Position numbers and translations under genes: made by a program
Origin: Nymphaea colorata
Taxonomy: Eukaryota
Direction: 5' to 3'
Length of the DNA stretch: 64,000 bases
Assembly: GCF_008831285.2 (NCBI RefSeq)
Contig: NC_045138.2
Span: 33,170,001 to 33,234,000 of the forward strand
Notes under the pieces: generated by a model
The model's input: the letters and a program-made list of their open reading frames with translations, nothing else
Database searches by the model: none
Told to the model about the DNA's origin: nothing
In this document: in pieces, positions 40,728 to 54,420 of the stretch
How positions within the stretch are numbered: position 1 is the stretch's first letter
How the letters are laid out: each line of letters begins with the position of its first letter

Positions 40728-42544
40728 AAAATTCACACAAATCAATTTGGATGCCATAACATTGTTACGAACACTAATAAAAACTTGATTTTGCAGTAGA
40801 AAACTATATCAAACTACTGTGCGGAAGGAAAGGACAGCCTTGCTGTTCCAAAACCAACGGACATCCGCAAGAACATTCATCAAACAGTTCCCTAAGCAAA
40901 CCTTAAAAGGAAAGAACAAGAATACTGTCTTGCCTTCATAAGAAAACAAATTCAGATAAATTGGCAACCCGAGACAGCAAAGTATTTTACACTACTCTGA
41001 AAAAGTTAAAAATAGAACGAGCTTTTAGGTTCCAGGTTCCATCTAACCGTAGACCAGCTAGATTTTCAACTGCATCACCAGCTAGATTTTCAACTGCATC
41101 GACTACAACCAGGACCACCAACAAGTCGGACCTGAAGCCAGTCCAGTAGGGATGACAATGGTCTGTTTTCACTCACCGCTCTGAGTACTGGCTAGCTTAG
41201 AAACAGAACCAAGATGACAGGACTTGTATTCAGAAAGATCCAGTTTGTACACAAGTTTGTTGTGTACTGGATACATGTTCAGGAGGCAACACGGATCTCA
41301 TCCCCATGTAAATTTTCAAACTTCAACCTAGTTGAACCAGAATCTAGTACCAAAATTTAGAACTATGTCCTCAACTGAATCTGAAATAAGTAGATTGGAC
41401 ATGGTAAAGCCTGATTTAAATACCAAGTATAACCCTTTCTTATACCAGGATTCAGCCTCCCCCCTCCAAAAAAGCCTTGCCAAAACCTGGAGAAAAACCA
41501 GGTTTTCATGAAACTGGTGCACAGTCAAAGATCTTGAAAAATGTTTTGAAGGTTGTTTTGCCTTTGAAACATATTTTTCGAGCGGGTAGCCAAACACCCC
41601 ATTTGTTGAACAATTTTAGTATTTATTTAGGATTTTTTCAATTCAACATAGTTTATATAGAAAAGTAGAACAAAAATAACACACCACAAAAACAAATTCT
41701 CCTAATGACCACATCAACAAACAACCACATCAACACGCAACACAACCAGCAGACCCACAAACCTTTTCAGATTTTATTTATCAAAAAATCGAGTAAATAC
41801 ATTGAAAAATGGAAACCAATCAACTATTCGACAAGGCTCCTAAACAACCCATGCCACAATGAAAGTGAGAACTAAACACGACAAGAACTATGTTAGAAAA
41901 CCACTAAAGCAGAAAAAAAAAAGAAAGAAAAGAATGAACCACTATAAAATCTAACCAACAATTGCCCAACTCAACAAAACTCAAAAAAGTGTAACTAAAC
42001 ATCCTATTGAAAACAAATCAAACAAATAACCCTCACCTATGCTGGACATGTAAAATACCTGACTGAGAAACAAGACTAGTCAATTTTGCAAAATGACTGA
42101 GAAACAAGACTAGTCAATTTTGCAAAAAACGTCAACATTCAAATCGACCAGTGCTTTTGAAAAAAACTACCCTAAGTCTAAGTAAAAAAATACCCTAAGT
42201 CTAGGTTATGCAGATTGAAGACACTCATTAAGATGGAATAATAGGTCAAGTTTCATATCTTGTCCCACATGGTCTACCTCTCCTGAGACAAAGGAAATAA
42301 TGGAGAATTTGTCACATTCAACATGACGGACTAGGTTTGAGGGGTTTCATCTATTCTATGTATGGACGAGCAGTTTGGTAATGAAATGACCAAATATCTT
42401 TCAAGACCAAAGGGGGATTAGTTAACTCCTCCTATCCCTACTGTGAAATACTTTAAAAAATAATCAATTTAACTCATAAACTTGAGTGCTTGTGTTGTGC
42501 AAATAATATGACCTTCATTTACACACAGTACCTATCAAGTATCA
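40728..42544 (+). repeat. Block P, truncated copy P3
   Basis: Matches about 32174-34011; ORF 41477 is nearly identical to 32907 and 26575. Confidence 0.9.
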
Positions 42545-45500
42545 GTGTCATTGGATTCTTCCACACTCGAGGATCTTTCCAGTTTTACTTCCCGTAAATT
42601 TTGAAATACTATAGATAAAACTCTCCTTAAAAAGAATACTAATGATAACACGAAGGTATACCATTATGCATGAAAGTCCTTTTGAACAAATATTTGGGCT
42701 GAAAACTTTTGGAAAATGACATCAAATGATACAATGATACAATGGAGTCTCTCATTTCCTAGGAGTGACCCATGTAATGGGTTTTGGTGGGATGTAAAAG
42801 ATTAGGCTCCATCACACTCTCCTCCCCCTATAAGGTCCTTTACAAAAAAGGAAAAACCTAGAGGCTGCAAGTCCTTGGTACATATGGGGTTGAATAACGT
42901 TCCCCAGATAGTTGGAACGAAAAGTAAGCTTAGGAGTAGTCGGCCTAATCAGGAAATTTGCAAAATCATTTGACAAAAAAAAAATAACAGCAAGGAAAGT
43001 AACACATACTTCAAGAGAGTAACTGCAAGTTTGGAAAGAATGCTAAAGAATAGACCACAAAAATAAAAGTGAGCACCAAGCACGAGTTGCAAGATTGCTC
43101 AAAATATCTTCACCCCTAAAAAATTTCCTTATTCCGAAATACATGCTGTAAGGAGAGGGAGACATGGAGGAGAGGGAGACATGGTGAGCACCTGCAGCTA
43201 AAATTGAGAGGGAGAGGGAGAGGCGGGGGTGTGGATTGATGTAGGTAAGGGAAAGCCAATTAACAAACAAATGTAATATCAAAACACCCAAATGCCAAAA
43301 TCAAACACATGACCAAATTAGCTGTTCAGATTGGAAAAAAAAACGCAAGTGATCTCTCCCAATCAACGCCCAAATTCCAAAATCAAACACATAAATAAAA
43401 AATCTCAAACCAAATGCCCCAACAAAAACGAACAAACTCAAATCCCAGTCATTGCCTGGCTGAAAGACACCTTTTGCAGCCTGCATTAGTTTCATGCAAA
43501 TCAACTTGGATGCTACAACTTTGTTGCCAACTCTAATAAAAACTTGAATTAGACAAAGCTATCAAACTCCCATCCAATGGAGGTAAGTACAGAATTGGTA
43601 TTTCAAAACCACTGAACATCCACAAGAACACTGATGAGTTGTGCTTTAAACTTTGATATCATCAGAAGACACTCAAAATGTAAACAGAAAAAAATACTAA
43701 TAATAAAAGATAACGACTCTTACAAACCCTTGAAGGATATGCTGGGTCATCGACCGGTCGTACCTGTGGAAAGAGACTGCGGAAAGAGACGGTGGACCCA
43801 ACCATTTATTAGACCAAAGCCATGCGAATATGCGATCGATCAAGATACCCACATCCACTTTGACTCAATTGGAACGTACCAATTCCTAGTCCTCTTTCTA
43901 TCCTCTGGCTCGAACCATTTTGCCTACATGAGTCTACCTGGATCCTTTCAGAACCAACCAAGGTTTTTGGATGGGTGTCGCTCGCTCCAACCGAGCCTGG
44001 GAACTTCACCGGGAACTTCACTGAACTCACTATAGATCTCACCAATCTCACCACATGTCAGATCGTAATAAACTCACAGTTTCCACATCCATGTCGCATC
44101 TTTTCCATGAAAAGTTTTTGTCAATGAAACTTTTTCTGATGCATAGTGACTTACCTCTTATACATTTAGAATCTAGTTCTGTGATTGTAGAAAGGCCACT
44201 CTCCGGGTGAGGGTGAGATTTGCATCGAAGATGATAAGTCCGAATGTATGGGTCCAGCAACATGCATGTGAGCCAGCAATTCCCACATTTAAACAACAAA
44301 ATCAGCCTTATTCGTTCTCAAATATTTTGTACATTTCATAAAAAGTAGTGCACATGTAGAACTTCCATCTTATCTACCATAACGTTAAATAATATGAAAT
44401 AAGACAACCTAGTAAAAGGATTTCAGCAAGTTCCCTGACCATAGATGCAGTTGATGGGTCATCAGCATGTGCTAGAGCAACAGAGAGCAGTGTATACACA
44501 GTCAAACAACCACAGAAAGAAGAAGAACTTCATTGAGCACCCGATGTTGACAAGCTTAGAAGTTGACCTCTCACAAGATTATGAATAAAAGCACTGAAAA
44601 AACGAATTGGGAGAGAAATACAAGAGATTAACTGATAAATATCGCAAAGTACTACAAAGTACAAACAAATTCTTAATCAAGACAAATGGAAAAATTATGC
44701 AGCATTGAAAACTTATTCTTCCACTCCACGTCTTACCAGAATTTTATTTTCAACATTTCAGAAACTAGAAAACTATCTCAATGATTAATAAACTAAGACA
44801 AGCACATCTATCACACACACATGCTCGACAAAGACCATAACAAGATTGATCTTGGGTTTCCAGGGAACTGATCAATGAATGAATTGATTTGACAATAGAT
44901 CAAACCCAAGATCTGTCAAGTCAAGGCAAATGCTAGGGTTCACCATATCAGTCTGATCCTATGTTTTGAAACTGAACAATCTTGAACACTAACTAACGTT
45001 GCAAATATTTACCTAAAAGGCAATAGAAGATATTTTTGGTATTCTTTTGGGACAAAAACTTGATGCTATTTTCATGTTAAAGTCATCTAAAATAATATTT
45101 TAGATAAAATCCAATGAAAACCATGCATCAATTTTTAAATTTACAGCTAGAGCTAGACTCCAGTAAGTTGCAAATCCTGATTGAACACAGGAACAGACAT
45201 ATATTAAAAAAGATAGACCAAAAAATATGCACTCGTCATCGAAGGACTAGCCTGTCTCAGATCTTCAATTTGTGCTCCAACTCCACAACACTCTGGATGC
45301 ATCTAGCCTTTAATTTCTCCAAAAGCACCTACTCCTACCATCAACAACTTGAAACAAAATGAGAACAAAGCAAGCACTAACCTAGAGGAGTAAGAACCAA
45401 ACTCTAAGCTAGACCTAGTAAATATTTTAGTTTACCTTCTAACAACATACTTAAAACAGAAAACAACCAAAATAAACCTACTCTCTAAACTAAACTAGAC

Positions 45501-45568
45501 TAAGGGTAGATGGCAACTGAGTGTAAACAGACTTAGATGATGAACAAAGAAGCCTAAATGACTTTAAC

Positions 45569-47598
45569 TTAAAGTTGTCCCACACGCACATTAGCTGAAC
45601 TCCAATGATGCTTAAAATCAGAACTCAATTCTGGTAATTTTGAAACTTGATTTGGACGAAGACGTTGAGATTCTGCTGCAAGCAATCTATTCACATAAAC
45701 TATGCAATCACCAGGTCAAATCAGATTCCTTGCAAAAAAAATTAAACCCAGTTAACTATGATTTCTTTCAGTTCTCAAAACACTATTACACTAGATATGC
45801 CGTTGAAAAGCAGGTTTTGAAAAGCAGGTTGAAGACACCCAGTTAAGATGGAATAATGGTTCAAGTTAGGCACATCTTTTTTAAAAAAGAGGAGATGAGG
45901 GAGCATCACACTCAACTTGAGTATACAAGAGGTTTTGTGTATTCAATTAATGTACTAGTAGCTTGGTAATGGAAGGGCCAACATTTTTCAAGACCAAAGG
46001 GGGATTGGGTTAGTTTCTCTTACACCCAAAAGACCAAAAAATATAACAAGAGATGTCAAGCCTTTAGTTTGAAATAGTTCATAAATCATCCATTAACTCA
46101 TAAGCTTGAGTGCTCGTGTTGTGCAAATAATATGACCATCATTTTTACTCACAGTACCATACAAGCATCAGGATCCATTTCACATAAATGTTGTGGAATC
46201 TCTAGAAGGGATCTCCCTCAATTTCCAAAATATGAACATAAAGGAATGGTCTTCAGCATCTTAGGAAATCAAAAAGAGGAGTAGAATTGACACCAAAATC
46301 GCACATCTGCAAAAGATTGTCGCATTCAATTTCTGCAAGTTCAGCCATCATGCCTTTCATTTCTTGACAGATACCTTTTGCTTTTTCATTTCTTTTTTTT
46401 TCTTTCATTCTTTTGCATTTGGTTTGCCTTTTGATTTTATTTTTCAGGCTGACCTTCACCTTTGAGGGAATACCTCACCACCCCAAAGGCTACTACGAAG
46501 CTCCACCACTTTGGTGGTTATATGTAGTTTTGTCACGTATCCAACCCGCTTCACCTTGCAGGCTTTCAACGATCCAAAAGTTCATAAGTCGTTATCTTCT
46601 CGGCATAGACATAAATCAACTATATGCCTACCCGGTACTCTTGATTACCGACCTAGAGGAACAACTACACAAGCCCCGAGCCCATCCCTCAACTCTCATT
46701 TTGCTACCTGTCAAGATTTTACAAAGCATCACGGCTTCTCTCGTAGAGTATTCTCCTGCTAAATCCTTGCATATGCTTAATTAGCGGAGTCAATAGCATT
46801 TCCTATTCTCGACTTTCTCAGCTTCATAGGATTTTTCCTCATTGTTCATACTCAGGATTTTTCGAGTTTTCCTCTTCCATTGATTGACAACAAAAATTTG
46901 AAATTTTCTCCTATTACTCGAGGATGTACTACAAATAAAATGAAGGCATATCATTGTGTGAAAAAATACTTCTAAAACATTTTTAAGCAAGATAGAAAAG
47001 TTCTGTTTTAGAAATGATCTTGACATCAAATGGAATATCTCTTTCGAGGTAGAAACACTTTTCGCTCTAAAGAGAAGGGTGCTTGCAAAACTAGATGGGT
47101 TGACTAGGTAAAAAATGAACTACATCAATTCTCTTATGGGCAGTGATAAAAGGTGACAGATAACATGCTAGATCAGATAAGGAGTTTCAGATCCAAACGA
47201 ACAGTGATTTAAATGCAGATGCCTGAGCCTGAACTAAATTTGATAACCAATCTATCAAATCTGAATATGATCCCAAGTACATTTGATGCTCCAACTAAGG
47301 CTTTCCATTGAACAACAACGTGCTCCCATAAATGATATATAATTTTGACAAAGAATTCCGTTGGTCAAATATTATGATGTCTGAGAACAAATTAAATACA
47401 GTCAATGGTATAAAGCAATGAGAACAGAATTAGATGCCAAACATGCTTTGACAATTACTTGTTTGGCTCTTCCGAAAGACCTATTGTGATACCTCGAGAG
47501 GCAACCATTGAAATATTGGGAAATGGCTTCCCAAGAGTTGATATGTGTTGCTGTCCTCCTAGTAATACAACTGGCTGAACCGGCCCAAGCCACAAATG
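45569..47598 (-). pseudogene. Two phase-compatible, stop-free exon-like segments of an unidentified gene 3' end
   Basis: 47598-47459 HLWLGPVQPVVLLGGQQHISTLGKPFPNISMVASRGITIGLSEEPN + AA|GTAATT. 45686-45569 after ATAG|: A + LLAAESQRLRPNQVSKLPELSSDFKHHWSSANVRVGQL*. Confidence 0.45.
45820..47120. mobile_element. Diverged copy of the Athila/Tat-like dispersed repeat
   Basis: Collinear with about 11550-12900; ORF 46413 parallels ORFs 12125 and 28096. Confidence 0.6.
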
Positions 47599-50500
47599 TC
47601 AAAAGATTAATGTGACACAAAGGAAGCATGACAATGAAAATACCATCCAGATAAATAAAATAATACTGAAATTACAAAATCTAAGTAAACCAATCACAAG
47701 TAGCAGTCAAAAATATAAAGCACACATACATGGGCATTTTGAGGAGCACAAAATACAAGTGATCAACAAGGAGAAAAAAGAATTAATGGGTAAGCCTAAA
47801 ATTGAACCGACAGATTCCAACCTACTCTTTGTCCTACTTGATTGAACACCAAAAGAGAGACACAAACTAGGACACACACAAAATACTAAAAGCACAGGTT
47901 CGAATGGGTATCATTCTGAAAAAAATAGATATGAGACAGTTTGGCATGTTGAAGGCCGTTCCCAAACATGGATGCAACAAAAGCAACAACCAAACTACCG
48001 GTGTTTTAGGGTGGGGAAATATGAGACATGATAATTTAAAAAACAACCAAGGTTTCCCATTGCATGTTCTAGAATGCATTGGCCGTATTGATACAACAGA
48101 AGAAAAAGGGGGCAAGGTGAGAGACAATAATCACCACAACTAAGAAAGAAAGAGGCCAAAACGAGGAGTTCTGCTTTCCTCATTCAACAACGGGACAAAA
48201 TAAAAAATGAAACGAAAGAGAATTAACTGAACAAAATGCAAAAGTATTAACCAAGAATATTAGCTAAAAGAAGAAGAACATCAGACTGAGATAGCAGGAA
48301 TAAGAGACGGAGAGAAAGCATGAGAGAGAGAGAGAGCGCGCGCACCTAGCAGCTGGGGTTTTGCTACTGCAGAAAAGTGCTCTAGGGGAGGAGGGGGAGG
48401 AGACATGCGGCTGCACTGTGGTGGAGAGGAGGAGGGGAGCTGCTGCCGCATGGTGAAGAGGAGGATGATCCAGGGAACCATTCACGAAACGTGCGAGCCC
48501 TAACGGGCAGAAATTTTTGTGAGATGGATTGTTACGGTAAGTGCTTTAATTAAGTAACGTACACGGTTTTTTTTGGACGGTGATGGAAGTGTTACGGGGA
48601 AGGCCTTGTATATGTTTATGGAAACATGGATAAATGTTTTAATTTATTTTCAATTTTATTTAAATGTTGCTTTGGATCTGAACTTTCTCTGAGATGAATT
48701 CTTCTTTTGCTTCGTGTGTTTAAGTTTTTGGCTTGTAATTGCTTTAGTTGCCATTAGCACATTCAATTTAGATTTGATCCAAATTATGAAGGAAACTCTG
48801 GAACCATTGAGAATCCGGTTCGTTTTAGACAGAACTGGATGTGGATCATGTGTACATTGGATTTTCTGTTTGAGAGCTGATCTGACCATTCAAAAATTAG
48901 ATTATATTGGGAAATCAGTAATCACTCTGAATATAATTAGTCAGTTCTAGTTCCAACAATCAGATCTTTTTTTTGTTTGAAATCAACATATTTTATCCAT
49001 TTCATTATAAGCAGATATATAAAACAGGTATTTGAATTTTGAACCATAAACAAACTAAGATTCTGCAGGTAAAAATTCACAGTTCATACCAACTATTCAC
49101 TGGAAACGTACAAATCTAGACAACAGGCACAGTGAGCACCAACTTAGATAAGATGGATAACTTGGACATGCAAATTAGTTACATGAATCCCAAAGTGTCA
49201 TACCAACAAATCGATAATTTTTTTTACACTCCCATATGCAAAAAATATTATTCTACCATTGCAAAGGGACAGACACATAAAAAGTGTTTGGCACCATGTA
49301 GCTCCCTCCTCACATCCTCAAACTATCCATTGGTAATTTTTTTCAAGCAAGGCAACAACTTATCGACTCTCTCTCTCTTTCTCTCCCTCTCTAAGGAGTG
49401 CTTGTTGTGAAAGAGATTAAGGAATTCTTGCACTACGCCTGGCTGCTTTCTATGTCTATTTTCCATTAACTAAAAATTTAAAATATGTCGCTCCAACTCC
49501 CTGAGTTGTTACATCCAAATCATCTAAGTAGCTTTGCCAATCCAAGATCAAAGTCAAAGACCAACTCCATGCTTGGAGGGTCTGAGGCGATCTACCTGAT
49601 TACCTCTATGACAATAGGATAAGACAGGATTAATGAAAAACTTTAAGTTATAAATGCATTTCAACAACAGTTTTTTAACTGATGACCATGCTTTCAAATT
49701 TCAATCCCAGCTTGGTATTAATATGTTTCATTTCTAACTATGTCCCTAAACAGAAATTTGAGAAATCTCCTTTTTGAGCCTACATTTTGCCTGCAACCTG
49801 AAAAACCCACATTTTGTAATTTTTTTCATAAGTGCCATACCTATTCATTCCCTTGCTAGTCATTATTGGATTTGATACAGGCAGCTGCGGTAATCACAGT
49901 GTCAAGCTGCCGACAGAAATAAAATAAGGACACTTTTTCCCTCTCCTAATGGTCAAATGGTACACAACTTAGCTACCAGACAGCTATATGAATGGAAAAT
50001 CCCCATAAGTTGCCGACACAACATTGAGCAATTGTAATCATGGAAAACCGAGGCCCAAAAGACAATTGTAACAACTACCCCTGCTCTCAGTAACAGTTTC
50101 CATACATGTAAAACCGTCATTGCAGTATCTTTTTGGCGTTTTTGTAAAACAAAATACAGTCACTACTCTTTTAAAGGTATTGATTTCAAAGGTTTCATGT
50201 GTACAAGGTTGTTGGGAGAAGTAAAGAACTTGGGCCTTGTCATTGTCCCAGATCATAATCATTAGGTCCAAAAATAAAGAACTTGGAAGGAAATTTTAGA
50301 AAAATTTGGACCAGTTTGGGCCTTTAGGATCTAGAATGTAAGAAAATATTGCATTTAAATATATGCCCCTCTTTGCATTTATGAGCAGGTTGAAAATTGT
50401 GCATAGTGTCACTTTTAGCAAAGCAAGCTTAAGCATTGGAAAACATTGGCCTAAAGGTCAGGTTTAGTGAAACAACGGGCAATAATTGTGGAAAAAATTG

Positions 50501-50632
50501 TTGGATGAGGGGATAAGACTATGGGGATGGACAGATTTGAGAATTCCGCCTGAAACATGAAACTTTTCACGAGCAAAAGGCAGGTAGTATATCAAATGGA
50601 TCACAACTTCCTTTAGAAAATTTCCTGAGAAT

Positions 50633-51143
50633 TTCAACTTGAGCTTTGTAAGTGCAGGTATTTGTGTGCAGAATTCAGCTTCGATATAGTTGAGAAGTCC
50701 CTCCCTCTTGGTGATAATATAAGGCACTAAGGCCTAAAAAACTCACAGATCTGAATTGAATAGTGAAACTATAATGAATAATACTTAAAAGTTGTTTAAA
50801 ACAGCACAGAAAAGAATCACCTACATATACTAAAAAAAAACAAAAAGATACAACATTTTGAAGGAGGGAGCAGTATGAGACCTGACCATAGCTTGGTCAG
50901 ACTCGATTTGACCAAGCTGAGCTTGCACAAACATAAAAATTAGAAAAATAGAATTACAAAAAGAATAAAAATGCTTACATATAATTACTTATATAGTCAA
51001 ATGTATATATATGCAAGGCTACGGTTATATACGCACTTGTGCATATAGCTTTATAGATCATGCACATACACATATAAATTGCATATACACAAATGTTTGC
51101 GATAGTAGACAAAGAACCTTCTAATAGCTAGTGCTCCCACATA
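50633..51143 (+). repeat. ~500-bp direct repeat, copy 1
   Basis: Matches 53314-53771 from TTCAACTTGAGCTTTGTAA to CTAATAGCTAGTGC..CCACATA. Confidence 0.88.
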
Positions 51144-52202
51144 CCTTTTGTCCATTTTTTGCATTTAGATGTTTTTTTCACCATAAACCTATTACCATTA
51201 TCTCCTGACTTTTTCGAAACCACACAAAAAAGAACCCTAAATAAAACCTTTAGTGTGCAACTCAACCAACCACAAGGTTGAGCGACAAGCGTCCAACAGT
51301 AGGCTGGAATGACCAATAATACCTGAAGCACTTGAATGTGACACCCCAACTATAACCACAGCCATCTAACATTACTTAGAAGGCTAAAAAGTCATGCTTG
51401 CAACATAAGGTCAACACATTAATTGACCACTAAAGGTAATCACATACGAGAATATATGTATGCCCTTGTGTACAAGTTACTATCTCTCTTCCGTAAATGC
51501 CCATAGGAATAGCAATGCAACCTAAATGAACCCTAACTCTAGTATATTGTTATTGTACTTAGAGGTTTACAATTCAAAACTTAATCCTAAATCCCTAGTT
51601 TCACTCACGAGGGTTGATAGACTACATTAGATCATATAACAACATATATCTAAATCAATTCCAAGCTCACATTTCAAAGTCCAACTAAGGCTCCTACAAA
51701 ATATGTTGAAGTGTCACACAATTAGTCTCCTATCAAATTCCAATACAAATCTATTCTTTCTGAAATTTCACCGACTCTCCAGGCAAGAACTTAAATTAGA
51801 TGAGTACTGAAATACGATTTCTGCATCATAATCATACATACGAAAGGTCTAAGACAAGTCAAAGGATTGATCACTATCACTTTTTTGATGCATGGTAGAA
51901 TCGAAGGTTAAGTCCTGCACTATGGTGTTGGAAGCATCTTAACTGTGGCATCATCAGAAAACCTTGCAAGTTAAAACCCTTCAAGCAACCCCTACCACTC
52001 CCTCTCGGATGCATGACAATAAACTACCCCTGTTCTAAGCGTCTAACCTTTGAGGCTTCGATGCGCATCTCAGGGAATGATTGTTGGAGGTGATTCGCTG
52101 GCTGCCGACAACCACTGGTAGATGGCAGCAGACTGCAAATAACAAACAGAACCCAAGACCAGAAATTTGAAGCCCCACCGCAAGTAATCAAGAAGCCGAG
52201 CT

Positions 52203-52237
<35 letters not shown>

Positions 52238-52240
52238 TAC

Positions 52241-52319
52241 CGGGCTTCGGGAAATTTGGGATCACACGGATCGACGTCGAGATCCTCTTGATGCAATCGT
52301 TGCCGCCCTCGATCGCCAT
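52241..52319 (-). pseudogene. APT: Isolated N-terminal exon of adenine phosphoribosyltransferase
   Basis: MAIEGGNDCIKRISTSIRVIPNFPKP-G|GTATCT(CT)n matches plant APT RIASSIRVIPDFPKPG with a phase-1 donor. The next exon (IMFQDITTLL) was not found downstream. Confidence 0.82.
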
Positions 52320-53313
52320 TGTGAACTAATAACATAAATTGAAGCATTAAAAAAAAACAGAGTGTACATACACACTGACATTTCATCAACCAATTTGAGG
52401 GCTACCGCGTTGGAGGGAACAAACGAATGAAGAGACAAAAAGAGATAACATACGGCAAGAGGTGCGTCAGCGAGGGACGACGCAGAGCCTTAAACAGAGA
52501 GACCAGGTTAGCATACCTGTTTCAAACGACGTCATATGAGAAGACCCATCATTGATTAGGGCTGCACCACCTTGATCGCACAGGTTATGGCTGTCAATAA
52601 GAGATACTTAAGAAGCGAAAGAGAAAGGCGTTCTGGGTCGGCCATGGCCGACTCAGAACCTAGTGTGAGCGAGAAGTATAAGGTTTCATTCATACATGTG
52701 AAGAAGATGGAGGCGGGACGGAGACGGGTTGCATTGCGGGAGAAGAAGAAGAACAGGGGAGACACAGGAGAAGATTTGAGACGTTTCTTGGAGAGGCATG
52801 GCAGAGGCGGTGGGAGTGGGCGACGGTTTTGTTGAGTTGGGGAAAGCAAATTCTAAGTAACATGGCAGTTTGCGATAACTTTTTGGCTCTTAGTGTTTAA
52901 TGAGAAAAGTTATAAAACGGAAGCATAGGATCCCATATGTCTATAGGATTGTTGTGTTTTTGGCACATAGAGGAAATAACCAATCACTGAGTCTCATCCA
53001 CAAATTAGCCAATGCCAAATAGTTTTGACGCACGTTTAATTCAAACTTACCTTCCTAACTGTCATTTTTTTGCAATTACAGAGTTTTAATGGGAATTTTG
53101 GCTTTAATTTCATAAATAGGCCTCACTTTTCTTAATTTTTTAAAAGTGTTTACACTTTGGACATGTTACTAAGAATGGGCATTTGGCTGGGGCTGGTCGG
53201 ACTTTCGGTCCCCCGACCTGCAATGAAAATGGCTGCCGGCCGGGCCAGCTCGAGTTGAACCGGACCAGGCTGAGTTGGCTCAATTAATTTTTTCTATTAT
53301 TTTTTTCATGTAG

Positions 53314-53771
53314 TTCAACTTGAGCTTTGTAACTGCAGGTATTTGTGTGCAGAAGAGATGCTCAGCTTAGAGATAGTTGATGCCCCCTCACTGGTGGTGA
53401 TATAAGGCATTAAGGCCTAAAAAACTCACAGATCTGAATTGAATAGTGAAACTATAATGACACTTAAAAGTTGTTTAAAACAGCATAACTACAAGAGAAA
53501 AGAATCACCTGCCCTAAAAGAAAAACAAAAAGATACAACATTTTGAAGAAGGAAGCAATATGAGACCCCAGCATAGCTTGGTCAGACTCAATTTGACCAA
53601 GCTGAGCTCGCACAAACATAAAAATTAGAAAATGCCTACATAACTTATAAGACTACAGTTATATACGCGTTTGTGCATATAGCTTTATAGATCATACACA
53701 TACACATACACATATAAATTGCATACACACAAGTATTTGCGATAGCCTTCTAATAGCTAGTGCCCCACATA
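53314..53771 (+). repeat. ~460-bp direct repeat, copy 2
   Basis: Diverged copy of 50633-51143 with several indels. Confidence 0.88.
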
Positions 53772-53859
53772 ATCGAAGGATAGGATGGAAAGGCAACCAA
53801 TTCAAGTAAGTGTTTGCAGCAACCACACGATGAACATTTTTCTTTTCAGATTGGCAACT

Positions 53860-53912
53860 AACTCAGGCAATATAAATCCCTACCTTCAAAAAAAAAAAAA
53901 AAAAAAAAAAAA
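53860..53912 (+). mobile_element. Poly(A)-tailed 3' end of a LINE or retrocopy
   Basis: AATATAAATCCCTACCTTC followed by A25 (53888-53912). No TSD identified. Confidence 0.45.
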
Positions 53913-54420
53913 TCTATCGGGAATGTTCACATTTTGTGGGCCATGATGCCAAAAGTTATGGTCATGATGCTTCACACCAGGAGATGGAAGAAATACTGAT
54001 GGGTCACTTGCCCTTGTGATATTTGTCCATCCTTCTGCCGCTCACCAATTGGGCCATAAATCCATTGAGGCATATTAAACTATATGAATTTGGATAGCAT
54101 CTCTTCATCATGATGACTATTATGTACTAGTTATAACTTACCTTTGCTAATTAATCATTTTATTCAACAGCATTTTCATGTTCACATCGGTGTGAGCATG
54201 CATGGTTGAATGTGCGACGAGTGCTTCAGAATTCACACATTCGAACCTCTGTACAAAGCAAGAAAAAAAAGGGTTGGATTCACCAACTTCCTAGTAAGCA
54301 GTGTGTCCAAGGACAGGGGCAGGTCTGTGGTTTCTTTTTCAAACAAGGGTTAACATTCATCTCTTGGATTTAAGTGAAATTTGGATGTAAATTAAATTAA
54401 GCTACCAGATTATGCCAAGA

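Noticed and set aside
44140..44580. Exon-like pieces (TYHLRC, PHD-like; VALAHADDP...)
   Set aside because: Donor sites are present, but no frame gives a convincing family match.
49480..49600. Kinase-like DLGLAKLL on the minus strand
   Set aside because: Short motif followed by a stop, with no other kinase subdomains.
51120..51135. Helitron 3' end at CTAGT
   Set aside because: The nearest hairpin is about 210 bp upstream rather than 10-15 bp, and homology between copies continues past CTAG.
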